64,000 nt of DNA from Felis catus (taxonomy: Eukaryota): positions 79,238,001 to 79,302,000 of the forward strand of contig NC_058368.1 of NCBI RefSeq assembly GCF_018350175.1. Direction: 5' to 3'. Below the pieces are notes generated by a model, which did not search any database, was not told where the DNA came from, and was given only the letters and a program-made list of their open reading frames with translations. The position numbers and the translations under genes were made by a program. Shown in pieces: positions 1-12,579 of the stretch (its first letter is position 1; each line of letters opens with the position of its first letter).

Positions 1-2112
1 AGTCTGTTGGGGTCTTGAAATATGGTACTGGTGTGCTATGAGTGTGGAATATGAAAAAAGAAAAGAAAATAGGTTATTCACAATTTTTATGTTGCTTCTA
101 TGTTGACAATAATTCCCTCCATCTGATAACGAGAAACAGCTAGAGTAATTTGTACTAATCCAAATGGGGGGGGAGGGGGGAGGGGGCGGGGGACAGGAAA
201 AGGGAAGGAAAACACAGAGTTTAATTCTTCTCAATTATTTGTAATATGTGATTTTAAAAACATACCACACAAGCACCTCAGCTTTTCACTTTTGGTGGAA
301 AAATTGATTTGAGGGCAGGATTGATCCCCCCTCCACCAACATGACAAGTCCAACAATAAATAGATTATCCATATCAGCTCATAAGAATGCAGCAACATGG
401 CACTCAGGAGCAGATGTTTTCTTCTGCGCCATGTTGATAGAAAAACTGACAAGAGACATTTAAAATTCATCGCAGGGAGACTCCATATTATAATGAATCT
501 CATTAATAGTAATTAGGATTTCTTTCTCCCAAGCTTCCATGGCTGATACCCTTGCTTTTATAGGTCAAACAAGCTTACACCTTGGACAGCTCCTGAACAA
601 CTGACAGCACCATTTTGTCCCTTAAAGAATATGTTACATGCTTCAATAGACTGCTAAGCAGAAAATGTTTATGTTCTTGCCTGAATGTCTTAAATTGGCC
701 TGACACAGCCACACTGCAGATTTCTACAAACCACGGCTGGACAGGGAAACAACGTGCTTGTCACAGAACCACCAATGACTTTTAATCATGATTATAGGCA
801 GGCAATAGGTCAAAGCAGCCACTTTCCTTCCCTCGTCTAAAGGGTTCTCTTAGAATTCATTATGGAAAATCATGACCCTCGCCCTGTCAACATTGCCTGG
901 GAACAGCGGGATGGATCTTCATGTAAGGGGGCAGAGCAACTGTTTTCTTGCACTGGGATCAGCCTGAGACGGTATAATCTAATTACTCTGCGTTTCACTT
1001 ATGTGTGTAGACTTTGCTCCCTGGACAGGAAAGGCTGTTTCTTCCTCTCCGCAGGGGCCACAAGGTGCAATCCTACTGTCTGCGCACAGCGGTACCCGCA
1101 CTCCACTGCTGTGCTGTGACAGGGCCACCGGAGGCCACGCTGTTAGGTAAGTGTTTCTGCCACGTTACCCAGACAGCCTGCCCTTCACACGCATCCCAGC
1201 CATTGTGCCCCTGAGCTAGCACAGCTATCGCATGTTAATGCCTACCTAATTATATATTTTGGCTTCCGTCTTCGCAATAGGCTGTACTTAAGCAAAATTT
1301 AGTACCATCTTATGTGTTCCTACAGCTGGATAATTACAAGGCCTTTCAGTGTTCAGAGCGGGAAATTAATGATACAAAGATCAGCAGCTATTTAAAGACA
1401 GTTACGCTCTGCACTTCAGGGACCCACTCCTAGACAGCATGTGGAACCCTGTGAAGACAGTCCCGAGGTGGGAGGCAAGGAGGTGTGGTTTTCATTCAAC
1501 TTCAGAGTCAAAGGAATTTGTATGCTTTGGGTCAATGTATTGTCAAAGGGAATCTGTACAAAAACACGTCCTTCTTGTAACACTTCCACCAAAGACATGC
1601 CTCTTAGATGGGGTTGGCTGGGGAAGATACTGGCAAAGCCCAAAGCTAGAAAAACAGCACTCCGGTGCCTCAAAGTCCCCTGATTAGCAGAACAGAAATC
1701 TAAAGCACTAAGGGCTGGAAGAAAGCTTAGAAACCATCCGGTCAAGGGGTATTGAAAAGTGTACTTTTGAACTACAAATACATCTAAGCAGAGGTGAACC
1801 TGTAAACCGGATAAAGCTGGGGCTGCCCTGGGTCCCTGGACGCTCCCACTGAGGTAGGAACACTTCTGAGCAGGGCTCAGGTCTTTCCCAGGGGAGAGAA
1901 CTGGAAATGCTGATGTAATTATTGTATCTCCAATATAACTTTGTACCAAAGTCTAATGTAGTAGCAGAAGACTGTTAGCTAATGCCCATGACAGAACAAA
2001 AAAGGACTTACTGGAATCACAAACTACTCTCTACCCTACAATTCTATCCCCAGGGCTGCCACTGAGATGGGCTGCTTTGCCTTGGTGCTTAAGTCTTTAG
2101 AAAATGGGACTT

Positions 2113-2329
2113 GTTTAAAAATTTGTTAATTTTTTTTCCAAGAGAGAAAGAGAGACAGAGCACAAGCAAGAAAGGGGCAGAGAGAGAGAGGGAGACACAG
2201 AATCTGAAGTAGGCTCCAGGCTCTGAGTTGTCAGCACAGAGACCAATGTGGGCCTCGAACCCACAAACCATGAGACTGTGACCTGAGCCAACGTCGGACA
2301 CTTAACTGACTGAGCCACCCAGGCGCCCC
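2113..2329 (-). mobile_element. Can-SINE (SINEC_Fc-type)
   Basis: Reverse complement of GGGGCGCCTGGGTGGCTCAGTCAGTTAAG head, (CT)n tract and A-rich tail. Confidence 0.95.
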
Positions 2330-2602
2330 TGTCTTGCAAATGCTTTGAAGGTCACAAGCTGGAGTCAGCGTCCTTAAAGATTTCACCCTGAGTAGGTGAG
2401 AATATTCTGGAAGAAATCTTGTATAGGGCAAAGTCAAGTTAGTACGTTAACAAAAAATGATCTTTGCAGAGATAAAAGCAAGCAAAGGCATTGTTTTAGA
2501 TGAGTTCACTCTTTTTTCTTCCTGATGAGGAGACCATGTGGCCTTCTGTCATTCGACCTTTGGAGAAATACCAGCAGAAACAGCCATCATCATTGCAAAC
2601 TC

Positions 2603-2808
2603 TTTTTATTTATTTATTTTTAATATTATTTTAGAGAGAGAGAGAGAGAGCACAAGCAGGGGGATGGGACAGAAGGAGAGAGAGAGAGAATCCCAAGCAG
2701 GCTCTACACTCAATGTGGAGCCCAACGTGGGACTTGATCCTACCACCCTGGCATCACGACCTGAGCCAAAATCAAGACGCTTAACCAACTGGGCCTCCCA
2801 GGCATCCC
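2603..2808 (-). mobile_element. Can-SINE, older/diverged
   Basis: SINE body on minus strand; CAAACTC on both flanks (TSD remnant). Confidence 0.9.
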
Positions 2809-2911
2809 TCAAACTCCTGAAGCAATGAAAGAATGCCTGACCCCCAGGGAGGTAACAGAATCCAGTGGAGGGCAGTCTGGGCTTTCTGCTGTTTGGACTA
2901 ATTCTCCAAAG

Positions 2912-2912
<1 letters not shown>

Positions 2913-2954
<42 letters not shown>
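2913..2954. repeat. (TG)n microsatellite
   Basis: Pure TG run followed by degenerate TG-rich sequence. Confidence 0.97.
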
Positions 2955-2955
<1 letters not shown>

Positions 2956-3371
2956 ATGTTTATGGGTGAATGTGCAGTTGTGTGTGTTTTGCTGTGTGTG
3001 TGAGTGGGTATGTGTGTACCCTGTTTGTCAAGTGGGATGGGAGCTTCTGAGCCCCAGAGATTTGGATCCAAATCTCCCCTCCATCCTTCCCAGGATGATT
3101 ACATGATTGGTGCTTATGCCTGATCATGTTTCAGCATCAGCTGGACCCACCCCCAGAGTTTCTGATTCACTCAAGTCCGGGATGGGCCTGAGAAGCTGAA
3201 TTTCTGGCAGCTTCCATAATGAGGCCAGCTCTGTGCTCCAAGACCACCAAATGTCCTGTCACCGCTAGGGTGGAAGGTAACAGCCCACTACCAGAGCGGA
3301 TGTAAAGAATAAAGTATGTAAATGGCCTCACAACAGGCCTAAAGTGGTCAAAAGAAAGGAATTGTTTGCTA

Positions 3372-3745
3372 TCTATGCTAGTTTCCTGGGGCGGCCATAA
3401 CAAAGTACTGAGGACTGAGTGGCTTATCACGATGACCTGTATTTTCTCAGCTCTGGAGGCAGAAATCTACGGTCAAGCTGTTTGCAGGGCCCTGTCCTAC
3501 ATTATGACCTGGTGTCGCTTGGGGCTTTGGTGTCGCTTGGTATGCAACTACCTCACCTCTACGGCCACCATGGTGTTCTCCCTGGGTTTCTGCGTCTATA
3601 AGGACAAAGGTCATTGATTAAGATCTTCCCTAATGACCTGATCCTAACCTGATTGCATCTGCAAAGACCTATTTCTAAATAAGGCCGCATGCACAGGCAC
3701 CAACGATTAGGACTTGCACAGGGCCGTTGTGTCAACCTGTGACAC
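3372..3745 (-). mobile_element. MaLR solo LTR (MLT1 family)
   Basis: MLT1 hallmarks: gccataacaaagtac...gtggctt, ctctggaggc, atgacctgatcctaacctgattgcatctgcaaagacctatttctaaataagg. Confidence 0.8.
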
Positions 3746-4117
3746 TATCATTATTCATGAAGTCAAGGAATATGAAGTCTGAGTGCTTTCCACCTTCTTC
3801 CTCACTTCCTTCCTTCTTCTCTCCCCATTAGAGACTCTGGAAGGTGGAAGAAACTCCGGCCTAACAGGGAGCTCCAGGACTCACGCCCTTGCTCCCTGAG
3901 ATCATGGGGTGTCCGGTGAGATAGTGATTAAAGAGAAACCCACCGCCTCGCATTACTGTCCTGACACTGAACACGCTGCTTTGTCATCTGAAGAAATATC
4001 GCAATGGGGAAAAGCAATCCAGTTTTGAAGAGTATCAAATCATACACCATGGAAATGTCATACCTAGAAATTCTGGATTTTATTATCAACCCAAGAGGTT
4101 GTTGTAAAGGCAATGTT

Positions 4118-4240
4118 GGGGCGCCTGGCTGGCTCTGTCAGTAGAGCGTGCGGCTCTTGGTCTCGGGGCTGTGAGTTTGAGCCCCGTATTGGGTGTAGAG
4201 ACTGTTTAAATAAACTTTAAACATAAATAAATAAATAAAT
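4118..4240 (+). mobile_element. Short tRNA-like carnivore SINE lacking the CT tract
   Basis: GGGGCGCCTGGCTGGCTC..GTAGAGC..gagtttgagcccc followed directly by TAAA tail. Confidence 0.88.
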
Positions 4241-5026
4241 GCAAGTCTAAGACTTCTCTATGATTACGGGGGTGAAATTGCTTCAATATATATAAATAGT
4301 TCCACTTCAGATGATCACAGAGCTGTTATTTTCTGAATATCTGTAGGACATTTTGTTTTCTTTTACAATACAGTTCGATAATCTGTGTACCACTTCAGGT
4401 TTCAGAATAAAGAAATGCATATAGACGTCTTTGGCCTTTCGTCTGATGGCGACCTGATTGCCGTGATTCCACTGTTAATGTCTCTTTCCTCCAAGAGTTA
4501 CCAGTCTTCAACTGGCAAATATATCTAGTAACTTTCTGAAAGGCAGATCAGACATAGGATGTCATGTTTCCCCAGATCACCTGATCACGTGTTCTCTCTC
4601 ACAAAGACCAGGGCTACAGGCACGAAACTGGAAAATGTAACAAAGTAAACACAATGAGGGGTATTGGGCAGTTTTATCATGCCTCAGGACCTTCCACTAA
4701 ATCTAGTATCCCTCTGATATTTTGGCTTTAAAACCATTCGGAAAAAAAAAAGAGATAATATTCAGGCAACAATTGTCCTCAAAATCTTCCTCTGTATTCA
4801 CCACCCCTTAGGCATGGATTTGAAAGATGTAGAGAAAGGAGGTGGGGAAATAAACAGTTGAGAACTTTGCTCTTTGTCTGTCATCTGGAAAATTTTTTTC
4901 ACCTTTAAGATTGAGATTCCCAATCGTGTGAGCTCCGTATTCCAAGTTTCATCGAAGTTCTTGTAAATATTTCAATAGTATTGCTTTAAAGCCCAATGCA
5001 AGTACTGGTCTTTTCTTGTACTTAAA

Positions 5027-5055
5027 AACAACAACAACAACAACAACAACAACAA
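5027..5055. repeat. (AAC)n microsatellite
   Basis: Direct reading. Confidence 0.95.
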
Positions 5056-6894
5056 TATTTCAAAGTAATGGCCTCACAAGCATGAAATATTGTAGCCCTT
5101 GATTAAATTTTGTAGCCCCTGATTACATGAGACGGATGAGATATGACTGACTCACTAGCTGGCAAATAGATGGCTTGTTAATACGTCTGTATCGCTACTG
5201 TATTTAGGTATTTCCAGATCCCTCTGTCTACTCAGAGGGGGATAAATGAGGAGTGCTGTGATGACCATATAACACAGAGGTGTCAAGAAAACTAAAAAGA
5301 GAAATTCAATTACTTCCATAATCCTTCTTACATTTCTGCTTTACATAATTCTTCATCATTGTGAGAGGCCACTGGTTCCTTAATTCACTTTTCATTACAG
5401 ACCGTCTTGTCATATCCTCCAACCCAAACTACTTACCTGGTCACAAAATTCTAATACACTTTCAGTAGAGGTTTTAGATCTTGCGTTCTACATAATTGAC
5501 ATGACCCAGGTCTGTCTGAATTTTCTCCTTTATTCGTAGATCTAATCTGCTTGACCATAAGAAATAACTATAGCCATGCCCAATAGGCAAAATATTACTA
5601 CTTAAGGCACAAACTTCATGGCGTTCATATCTGTATAGCCAGTTGAAATGCACTAGTAATGTATATGGGAAAAGTAACTATGAGAGGTGATACTCCGTTC
5701 TCCCAATCATTCAGGATGTACTGATGTATAGACACGCTCCCACCAGGCCCCATGACATATCGACATAGTCACAGAAGAAAGAGCAGTTTTGAGGTCCTGT
5801 AGTGACAGAAGAAAGGGAAGTTTAACGTTAGTTACAAAATATCCCCTCTCGTGTCAGATACTTATTGAGCGTAATTTTCCCATGGCCTTGTCCCTGAGCC
5901 CTGTTTCAATTGTTAGCTTGCCTGGGCTCCTATTTGTGCCCGGACCAATGAAGTCAGTATTTCACACGAAGTGGTAGGGACAAGGCCAATGTTACAAGGC
6001 CAGTCTGGGATCTACATTCCCTCAAGCAGTAGACACAAGGCCTGTGGTCGCAAGAATAATCAATCCTCTCACTCCCCCAAAATGGGAAAACATGTCTGGT
6101 GCTTCCATCACAGGATGAAAGAAAGGTGTATGGGAGACAGTGTAGGAAGGTGAACACCGGGAGGACCAAGCGTTCGGGACGGAGAAGCAGAAATCAAAGA
6201 TAATTCAGCACCCAGGCAGATCACTTTCCCCTCCCCCCATCTTTCTTATTTTGTTCTGTGTTTCTTATTTTGTTCAATGGAATCATTGAGGAGTGTCTAC
6301 CGGTGACAAACAGGCCATAAAATCTGTGGACTCTGGAGAAACGGGAGAGAAGGGTCCAATCACAACTTTGCAATCCTCATCCGAAGAAGAGCCGTGGTCA
6401 CCTCCCACCCTGTCTCACTCCTCCTGTCCTCAGGGGAAGGTTTACACGGCCTCTCTGTCGCCCAGTACAAATCCATCTTCCCGGGAACAGACACACGTGT
6501 GGTTTTCTGGGGTCATTTGATGCATTTCTACAAATCTTATTGGTGAAAAGATAGTGCATTCAGGTGAATGTTCAGCTTACTGGACGGGGTTGTCTTCTGA
6601 AGGCAAGGAGCACATAAGAGATCTCTGCTTCTCATGTTTGCCCCCCAGACCAGCCCCAACCCTGATCGGCAGGGCAGACATGTGTGAGGTGTCTGCTGTG
6701 TTCCACATCACGGCAGGTCCTAAGGATAATCCGGAGACATTGACCAGCATGTCCTGGTGTCATGGAAAGAGTAGATGAAGTCAGACATGGGCCTTCTGGG
6801 TCAGCCTTTCCTGTTCCTGAAAGAGGGACCTGGGAGAGGTCAGGTGGGTCAGGTGATCTTCTTATTAGAATGACAAACCACACAAACACACACA

Positions 6895-6963
6895 AGAAAG
6901 AAAGGGAGAGAGGGGGAGGGAGAGAAGGGGGGAGGAAGAGAGGGAGGGAGGCAGGGAGGGAAA

Positions 6964-7007
<44 letters not shown>

Positions 7008-7100
7008 AGGAAGAGAAGGGAGAGGGAGGGAGAAAGGAAAGGAGGAAGGAAAGGAGGGAGGGAGGGAGGCAGGGGAGAAAGAGGAAAAATAAGGAAAAGA
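6895..7100. repeat. Polypurine GA-rich tract including (GAAA)n and (GGGA)n
   Basis: About 200 bp of almost only A and G. Confidence 0.95.
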
Positions 7101-8151
7101 TAATTATTTTAAGATGAAAGTATTTTATAAACTTTATAGTGTTTTACAACATAAAGTAACATTTGGTTAATTAGTTGAACACTGAAGTAAAAAATAGGTG
7201 AAATGCTAAGTGACAATTGACTTGAACTTGACCTTGAAGAAATTAGTAGAAAAAGTGGGAGATGCCCTCACTCCTTGAGCCAGAACTCTCAATTATCAGC
7301 CTCCCCCTGACTTGCTTCCCAGGCGGTGCTGGGGAGCCGACCCACAGACACGGCTACGCACGCTGTCTGCGTCACCAAACAGAAATTGATGTCTGACCTG
7401 CGACCAATCGATCAAGCCAAATACTGCCCGAAGACAGAGAAAACCGAGAGCATCTTCAAAACGCACCCACCCCCACCATTCATTACCCTGTAAGTCACAC
7501 ACAGGGGACGGCAAGATTCACAGTTTGTATTAAACCATGATCAGTTTGTCATTCCTAGAAATCGCTAGGAAAACAAAAGAACAAAATTGATGAAATAAAT
7601 AAATGGAATAACCCGAGTCCCACGGTATTAGAAAGATACATCTTCATACACGAGTCACAAAAATTTATCACCCTTTCAGCATGTACTAGACCACATAACC
7701 ATATATTATCATGTATTTTACTGTCTGGTCTTTGCAGGGTTACCATGCTTGGAATGCATAAAACTCGGGTCCGTGTTTTGATGGTCTGCTGCCTCACTTC
7801 CGTGCTGGAAGCGGCAGGGATATCAATCAAAAGTCAATGAAATATGTAAGAGCCGTTGCGTTTTTGTGTGGCTGAATGAAGATGAGTGGTGCCCATGTCC
7901 CTGCACCAGTTTTGAAGACAACAGAACTGAGCGTGACTTAGCGGCAGAATCATAGCCAGGATGGGTCTACCCCTGTTTTCAGAGGCAAAGTGCCTGGACT
8001 TTACCCACCAGACATAGCATAGTCTGTGCGTTAACCCGATGAAGGTCTTTGCAGATTTTTGTTGATTGTTCTCCTTACGTCTCTCGGTTGGGATTCCCAC
8101 TGTTGAGATGAGAAGCATTAGGCGTGGAGATGCCCCGGGAGATGGCTGGGG

Positions 8152-8596
8152 GAGAGTCCTGGGGCTGCTGTGACAAGGCTCCACGAACGGGTTGCTGCAA
8201 ACAACAGAACTTGCTTCTCCCTCGCATCTGGAGGCCAGAGGTCCCACATCAAGGTGTCAGTAGGGTCTTGAGCCCTTTGCCACCCAGGGTGGGGGCGACT
8301 CCTTTGCCCCTTCCAGCTCTAGAAGCCCCAGGCGCTCCCTGCTCAGCGCCTGCTCGGTTCCGCGTCTGTCTTGGTCTTCGTGTGGCTTCTGTGTCTGTTT
8401 TCGCACAGCCGTCGTCTTGTATAACTTCTTATCAGTCATTACTGGATTAGGAGTCACCCTACTCCAGCGTGACCTCATCTCACCTGGACTAATCATATCT
8501 GCGACAACCTCGTGTCCAATTAAAGTCACCCTCCGGAGTACTGAGGATTATGCCTTGTAACCTATCTCTTTGGGGGAAACAGAATTCAACGCAGGA
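8152..8596 (-). mobile_element. MaLR solo LTR (MLT1B/C-like)
   Basis: gctgctgtgacaa..., tctggaggccagag...atcaaggtgtcag, ggattagg...accctactccagcgtgacctcatc, end gggggaaacagaattcaac. Confidence 0.85.
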
Positions 8597-9000
8597 CGCT
8601 TCTCTATAGCACTGAAGCAAACCATGGCTTGTGATCAGAGCCTTCATTTCTCGCCTTATTATTCTTACACCCTCTGCGCAGGAAAGGTATCTGGGGATAG
8701 GAACGTGGGAGAGGGATGGTGGGCATGTCCACGCAGTTTGCAATACTAAGCAACCACAGCCCTGTGCCATCAGTTCAGGCAGAGGTCGGGTGAGGGAGGG
8801 ATGATGGAAAGAACGAGAGGGAAAGTGGCTCCGATATCACATAGGTGACATTTTCTTGGCTATGGAGACCAACAGAGCAAACGGCCAGCCCATTGGACAA
8901 TAAGAAGTATGAATTAATAGAGAAGTGTTGGTTCATAATAAGTACTCTGTAGAGAAGTAATAGCTTCTGAGATTGGGCATGTATAGTGGTTCCTCTACCC

Positions 9001-9082
9001 TGGACAGAGTGGATGGGCTCAGGGTGGGTCCCTCCAGCAGGTGGGCAGAGTGGACAGGCTCAGGGTGGGTCCCTCCAGCAGG
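9001..9082. repeat. Tandem duplication, 2 x 41 bp
   Basis: tggacagagtggatgggctcagggtgggtccctccagcagg / tgggcagagtggacaggctcagggtgggtccctccagcagg. Confidence 0.92.
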
Positions 9083-9184
9083 CAGAAACTGCAGTTTCCT
9101 CAGGGCATTTAGTAGTCTGACATGTCACAGTTTACAAGTGGAGGATCTCATGACCGTTTGGACAGTTACAGAAGCCCCACTATG

Positions 9185-9638
9185 TTTTTTTTTATTATTA
9201 CTATTTTAAAAAAATTTTTTTCCAACGTTTTTATTTATTTTTGGGACAGAGAGAGACAGAGCATGAACGGGGGAGGGGCAGAGAGAGAGGGAGACACAGA
9301 ATCGGAAACAGGCTCCAGGCTCTGAGCCATCCGCCCAGAGCCTGACGCGGGGCTCGAACTCCCGGACCGCGAGATCGTGACCTGGCTGAAGTCGGACGCT
9401 TAACCGATTGCGCCACCCAGGCGCCCCTATTACTATTTTTTTAATATGAAATTTGTACCAATGTGGATGGAACTGGAAAGTGTTATGCTAAGTGAAATAA
9501 GTCAGGCAGAGAAAGGCAGATACCATATGTTTTCACTCTTAGGTGGATCCTGAGAAAACAGAAGACCATGGGGGAGGGGAAGGAGAAAAAAAAAAAGTTA
9601 GAGAGGGAGGGAGGCAAACCATAGGAGACTTAAAAACT
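9185..9638 (-). mobile_element. Felid L1 3' insertion with 5' inversion, interrupted by a SINE
   Basis: 16-bp TSD CAGAAGCCCCACTATG at 9169-9184 and 9639-9654; minus-strand poly(A)/terminus to 9456; plus-strand ORF2-end/3'UTR piece 9457-9638. Confidence 0.88.
9208..9427 (-). mobile_element. Young SINEC_Fc nested in the L1 tail
   Basis: TSD TATTACTATTTT at 9196-9207 and 9428-9439; CpG-rich intact body. Confidence 0.96.
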
Positions 9639-11558
9639 CAGAAGCCCCACTATGACCTCAGCATTACGTTACACTGAGCCCCATATGGATCCCGCTGTCC
9701 ACACCAACAACGCCCACCCAAGCTTGCACGGCATTTGGGTTGTAGTCCCCCCCCCCCCCCCCCGCCGAGCCACATTCTACTGCAGAACTGTGGGGTCTGC
9801 TCCGGGACCCTGGCTGAACTTCCACACCGTAAGTCCGGGAAATTCACAACTGAACTCAACATCACGTACATCCGTGTGTTTTATGCAATGGGGATGAAGT
9901 CGGACCCCAGCTGTGACCTGCTCCGCATCCACGGTCCTCTTTTTCATGAGGTTTCTGACCTGCTGCTTCCTCTCCAAGGCTGGTCATGCCTCCTGCTCCA
10001 TCCGTTAGCTTGCTTCAACTCTTTCAAGATCTTGCCTCAGCGGTGGCTCCACGCACAAATCCAGTCCCTCACTGTCCAGCAAACTGAGTTTGTGTGTGTG
10101 TGCGTGTGCAGCTTTCCAGAAATCATTGCCCCTGATAAGCGTGACCCTCTGCGTTAGCAAGGTAAGGCAAATTAAAAACAAAGATGATGTCAACTTGGAG
10201 ACTCTAGGAAAGTGTGTCACCTTTGCAACCTTTCTCCATGCTGTGGGATTTAGGTAATATCCTGGGCCCAGCCTGGTTCAGAGAGTGGCTTCCCAGGGTT
10301 TTATAAAAACCAACATTTCAAGAAATTCTAAAGTTTGTATCTTTCCAATTCAACCTTCTCTCTGGCACAAGAGTTTGAAGACCCCATACTCACAGGCCTG
10401 GCGGGGCTGGGGGGAAGCTCACTGAAGAGAGCTTTCTTTCTGAGGTATCCTTTCTACTTGCCAGTAGACTGTCATCTGACCTCTTCACGCGTCCTGTTGA
10501 AGTCCAGCGCTTTCTCCACTATAGGCCAGTTACCAGTCACCATCTGAAGGCATCCTTAACAGGGATACTCCAGATTGATTAAAAGAGGAAGACAATGTTC
10601 AAAGAGAGCCATAAGCAGATGTCTGGACATCCAAAACCCAACTGACTTGAAGAAATTTCTAGAATCAGATGAGAAAGGAATCAAGGAAGCAAGGGTCCGC
10701 CCACCATAATTTATCATGAGATTGAACGGTGCCCTAGCTTCTCTCCTTCACTTTGCAGTCAGACTTCTTGAGGGAGAGGTCTTAGCTCCCACCTCCTCAC
10801 CCCTGTCCCGCACCCGCCCCCCCCCGCATTGGATGGGAGTCTTGTCTCTGTTCTTGTTAAGCCATCAACACTTGTCACTTCCCCAAAGCCTATAGTTGAC
10901 ATGATCATTCTGCTGCCTTTGGCAGGGAACACTATTCCAACCTATGAAGACTCTGTCTTTGATTCTGGACAATATTAATTTTCCTTTTATCACTCATCCT
11001 GCTCCTTCTCAGTTGCTCTCCTAGATGATTGCTCTGTCTGACCCCCTAGAAGTTGCTGTACATCAAGGACCTCTTCTCTCCTCCCCTTGCAGGCAGGGTG
11101 TGAAACCTGGCAACCAGAGGGAGGGCCATATGGCCACAGGCAACTTACTCACCTCTTTCAGTCACCACAGACTCCGTGACAAAATGGGTCATTTCAGAAC
11201 CAACCTCAGTGGGCTACCACGAGGATGACAGAGGCAAAGGCCGAGGACTGCTGAGTGTGTTCCAGAACACGGGGGCAAGCACGTGGGGTGCTCCATGTTG
11301 TGTCCAGGGCTTCCTTCTTCACGAACTGCCCTCCCCTTCCACCCCTATCAGCTGTGGGACTCCTACTCATCCTTTATGGGCCCCCTCGGCTGCCGGTCTT
11401 CAGAGAGGTGGGATTCGTTCCCCCCCTGCCTCCTTCATGGCACAGTGAAGGGCCCCCCACCCAAATCCCCAATGACACTTTGCCCATCTGTCCAGCATCG
11501 TGATGGTTTGTTGTTGCTGAGTCCCATTACTTTATTCCCCTTGCTGGTGTACCCTTCA

Positions 11559-11648
11559 TAGACTGTGAGAATCTGAAGGACCAGAGACTTCATCTTGTCC
11601 TATCTTGTTCCCAGCCCAGAGTAACGGGAACCTCACACGCGTTGGCTG
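11559..11648 (+). mobile_element. L2 3' end fragment
   Basis: tagactgtgagaatctgaaggaccagagacttcatcttgtc...cccagccc resembles the L2 terminus. Confidence 0.6.
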
Positions 11649-12455
11649 GTGTATTAGTTATCTATTGCCGTGTAACAAATTATCCCCAAATTTAGCAGCT
11701 TCCCTAATAAAGTGCCGTAGATTGGGTGGCTTAAACAGAGGACATGTACTGTCTCACTGTTCTGGAGGCCAGACATCCAAGGTCAAGGTATAAGCTACTT
11801 TGCTTCTTGCTGGGTCCTTGCACTTCCTCTGTGTACACGCTGCTCTTCCCTCTTCTTACGAGGACACTGGGCCTCTCAGCTCAGGTCCTCTCCTTTATGA
11901 CCCCATTAATCACCTCTCCTTAAAGGCCCCATTTCCCAGTACAGTCTCTTTGGGGTCAGGGCTGCAAACTGTGAATCTGGGGTGGGGAACACAGCTTGGT
12001 CTCCAACAGTCTTGAACACCCATGATTCCTGTGCATCAGGACCCTGGACCTAATGGGCCAGTCCTCTGGCTCAGGCTCTCTTAGGCTGCCATCAGGATGT
12101 CATCCAGGGACACAGTCACCCCGCACTCCACCACCAAGCTCTCTTCTGAGCTCATTCATACATAAGTATGCTCCCAGGGAGTGGGGTTGAGGGCCTCAGC
12201 ACCTGTCCTGGGAGCCCCTCTGGCTACATCAGAGCAAGCCCTAGAGGAGAGAGAGAAGAGAGCTGGGCAGCACGCAGCACCACAACCCTGCCACCCGACC
12301 TCGAGGCTGGCCTGCTGCACCTCTGCAGCACATGCCCTGCTCACCAGGACGGTGACTGAGTCCAACCACAGTTGGGGTGACAGGGCACTACAGAAGGTCT
12401 GAACCCGGACATCACAGGGGCCCATGTGGGGGAGCTGCACCTAGCTGCCCACCCT
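11649..12455 (-). mobile_element. Older MLT1 LTR (MLT1F-like) containing a nested MLT1A-like LTR
   Basis: tgtattagttatctattgccgtgtaacaaattatccccaaa start; resumes near 12012 with ctctggctcaggctctc... Confidence 0.7.
11702..12009 (-). mobile_element. MLT1A-like LTR, nested
   Basis: taataaagtgccgtagattgggtggcttaaacag...ttctggaggccagacatccaaggtcaagg...aatcacctctccttaaaggcccc...ggaacacagcttggtctccaaca. Confidence 0.78.
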
Positions 12456-12579
12456 CCAGCTGAGGGGCCAGGCTGTATCAGGACCCGAGAAGGTAGTGCT
12501 GGCAGAAATAATCACAGTTGATGACCGTGATGAGGAAACACCCTAGTCTTCCTCACATCTCCATTTAAAGTGCACAGAG

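Noticed and set aside
28..115. Possible MER33/Charlie fragment
   Set aside because: Too short and diverged to call without an alignment
1141..1153. 13-mer TGTTAGGTAAGTG shared with 45034-45046
   Set aside because: Shared 13-mers are expected by chance in 64 kb, and the flanks are unrelated
1416..1949. 177-aa minus-strand ORF
   Set aside because: No recognisable homology, non-ATG start, no supporting splice structure
6762..7103. Arg/Glu/Lys-rich 113-aa ORF
   Set aside because: Translation of a GA-rich simple repeat
10119..10167. Possible micro-exon ending AAG|GTAAGG
   Set aside because: Weak polypyrimidine tract and no other support
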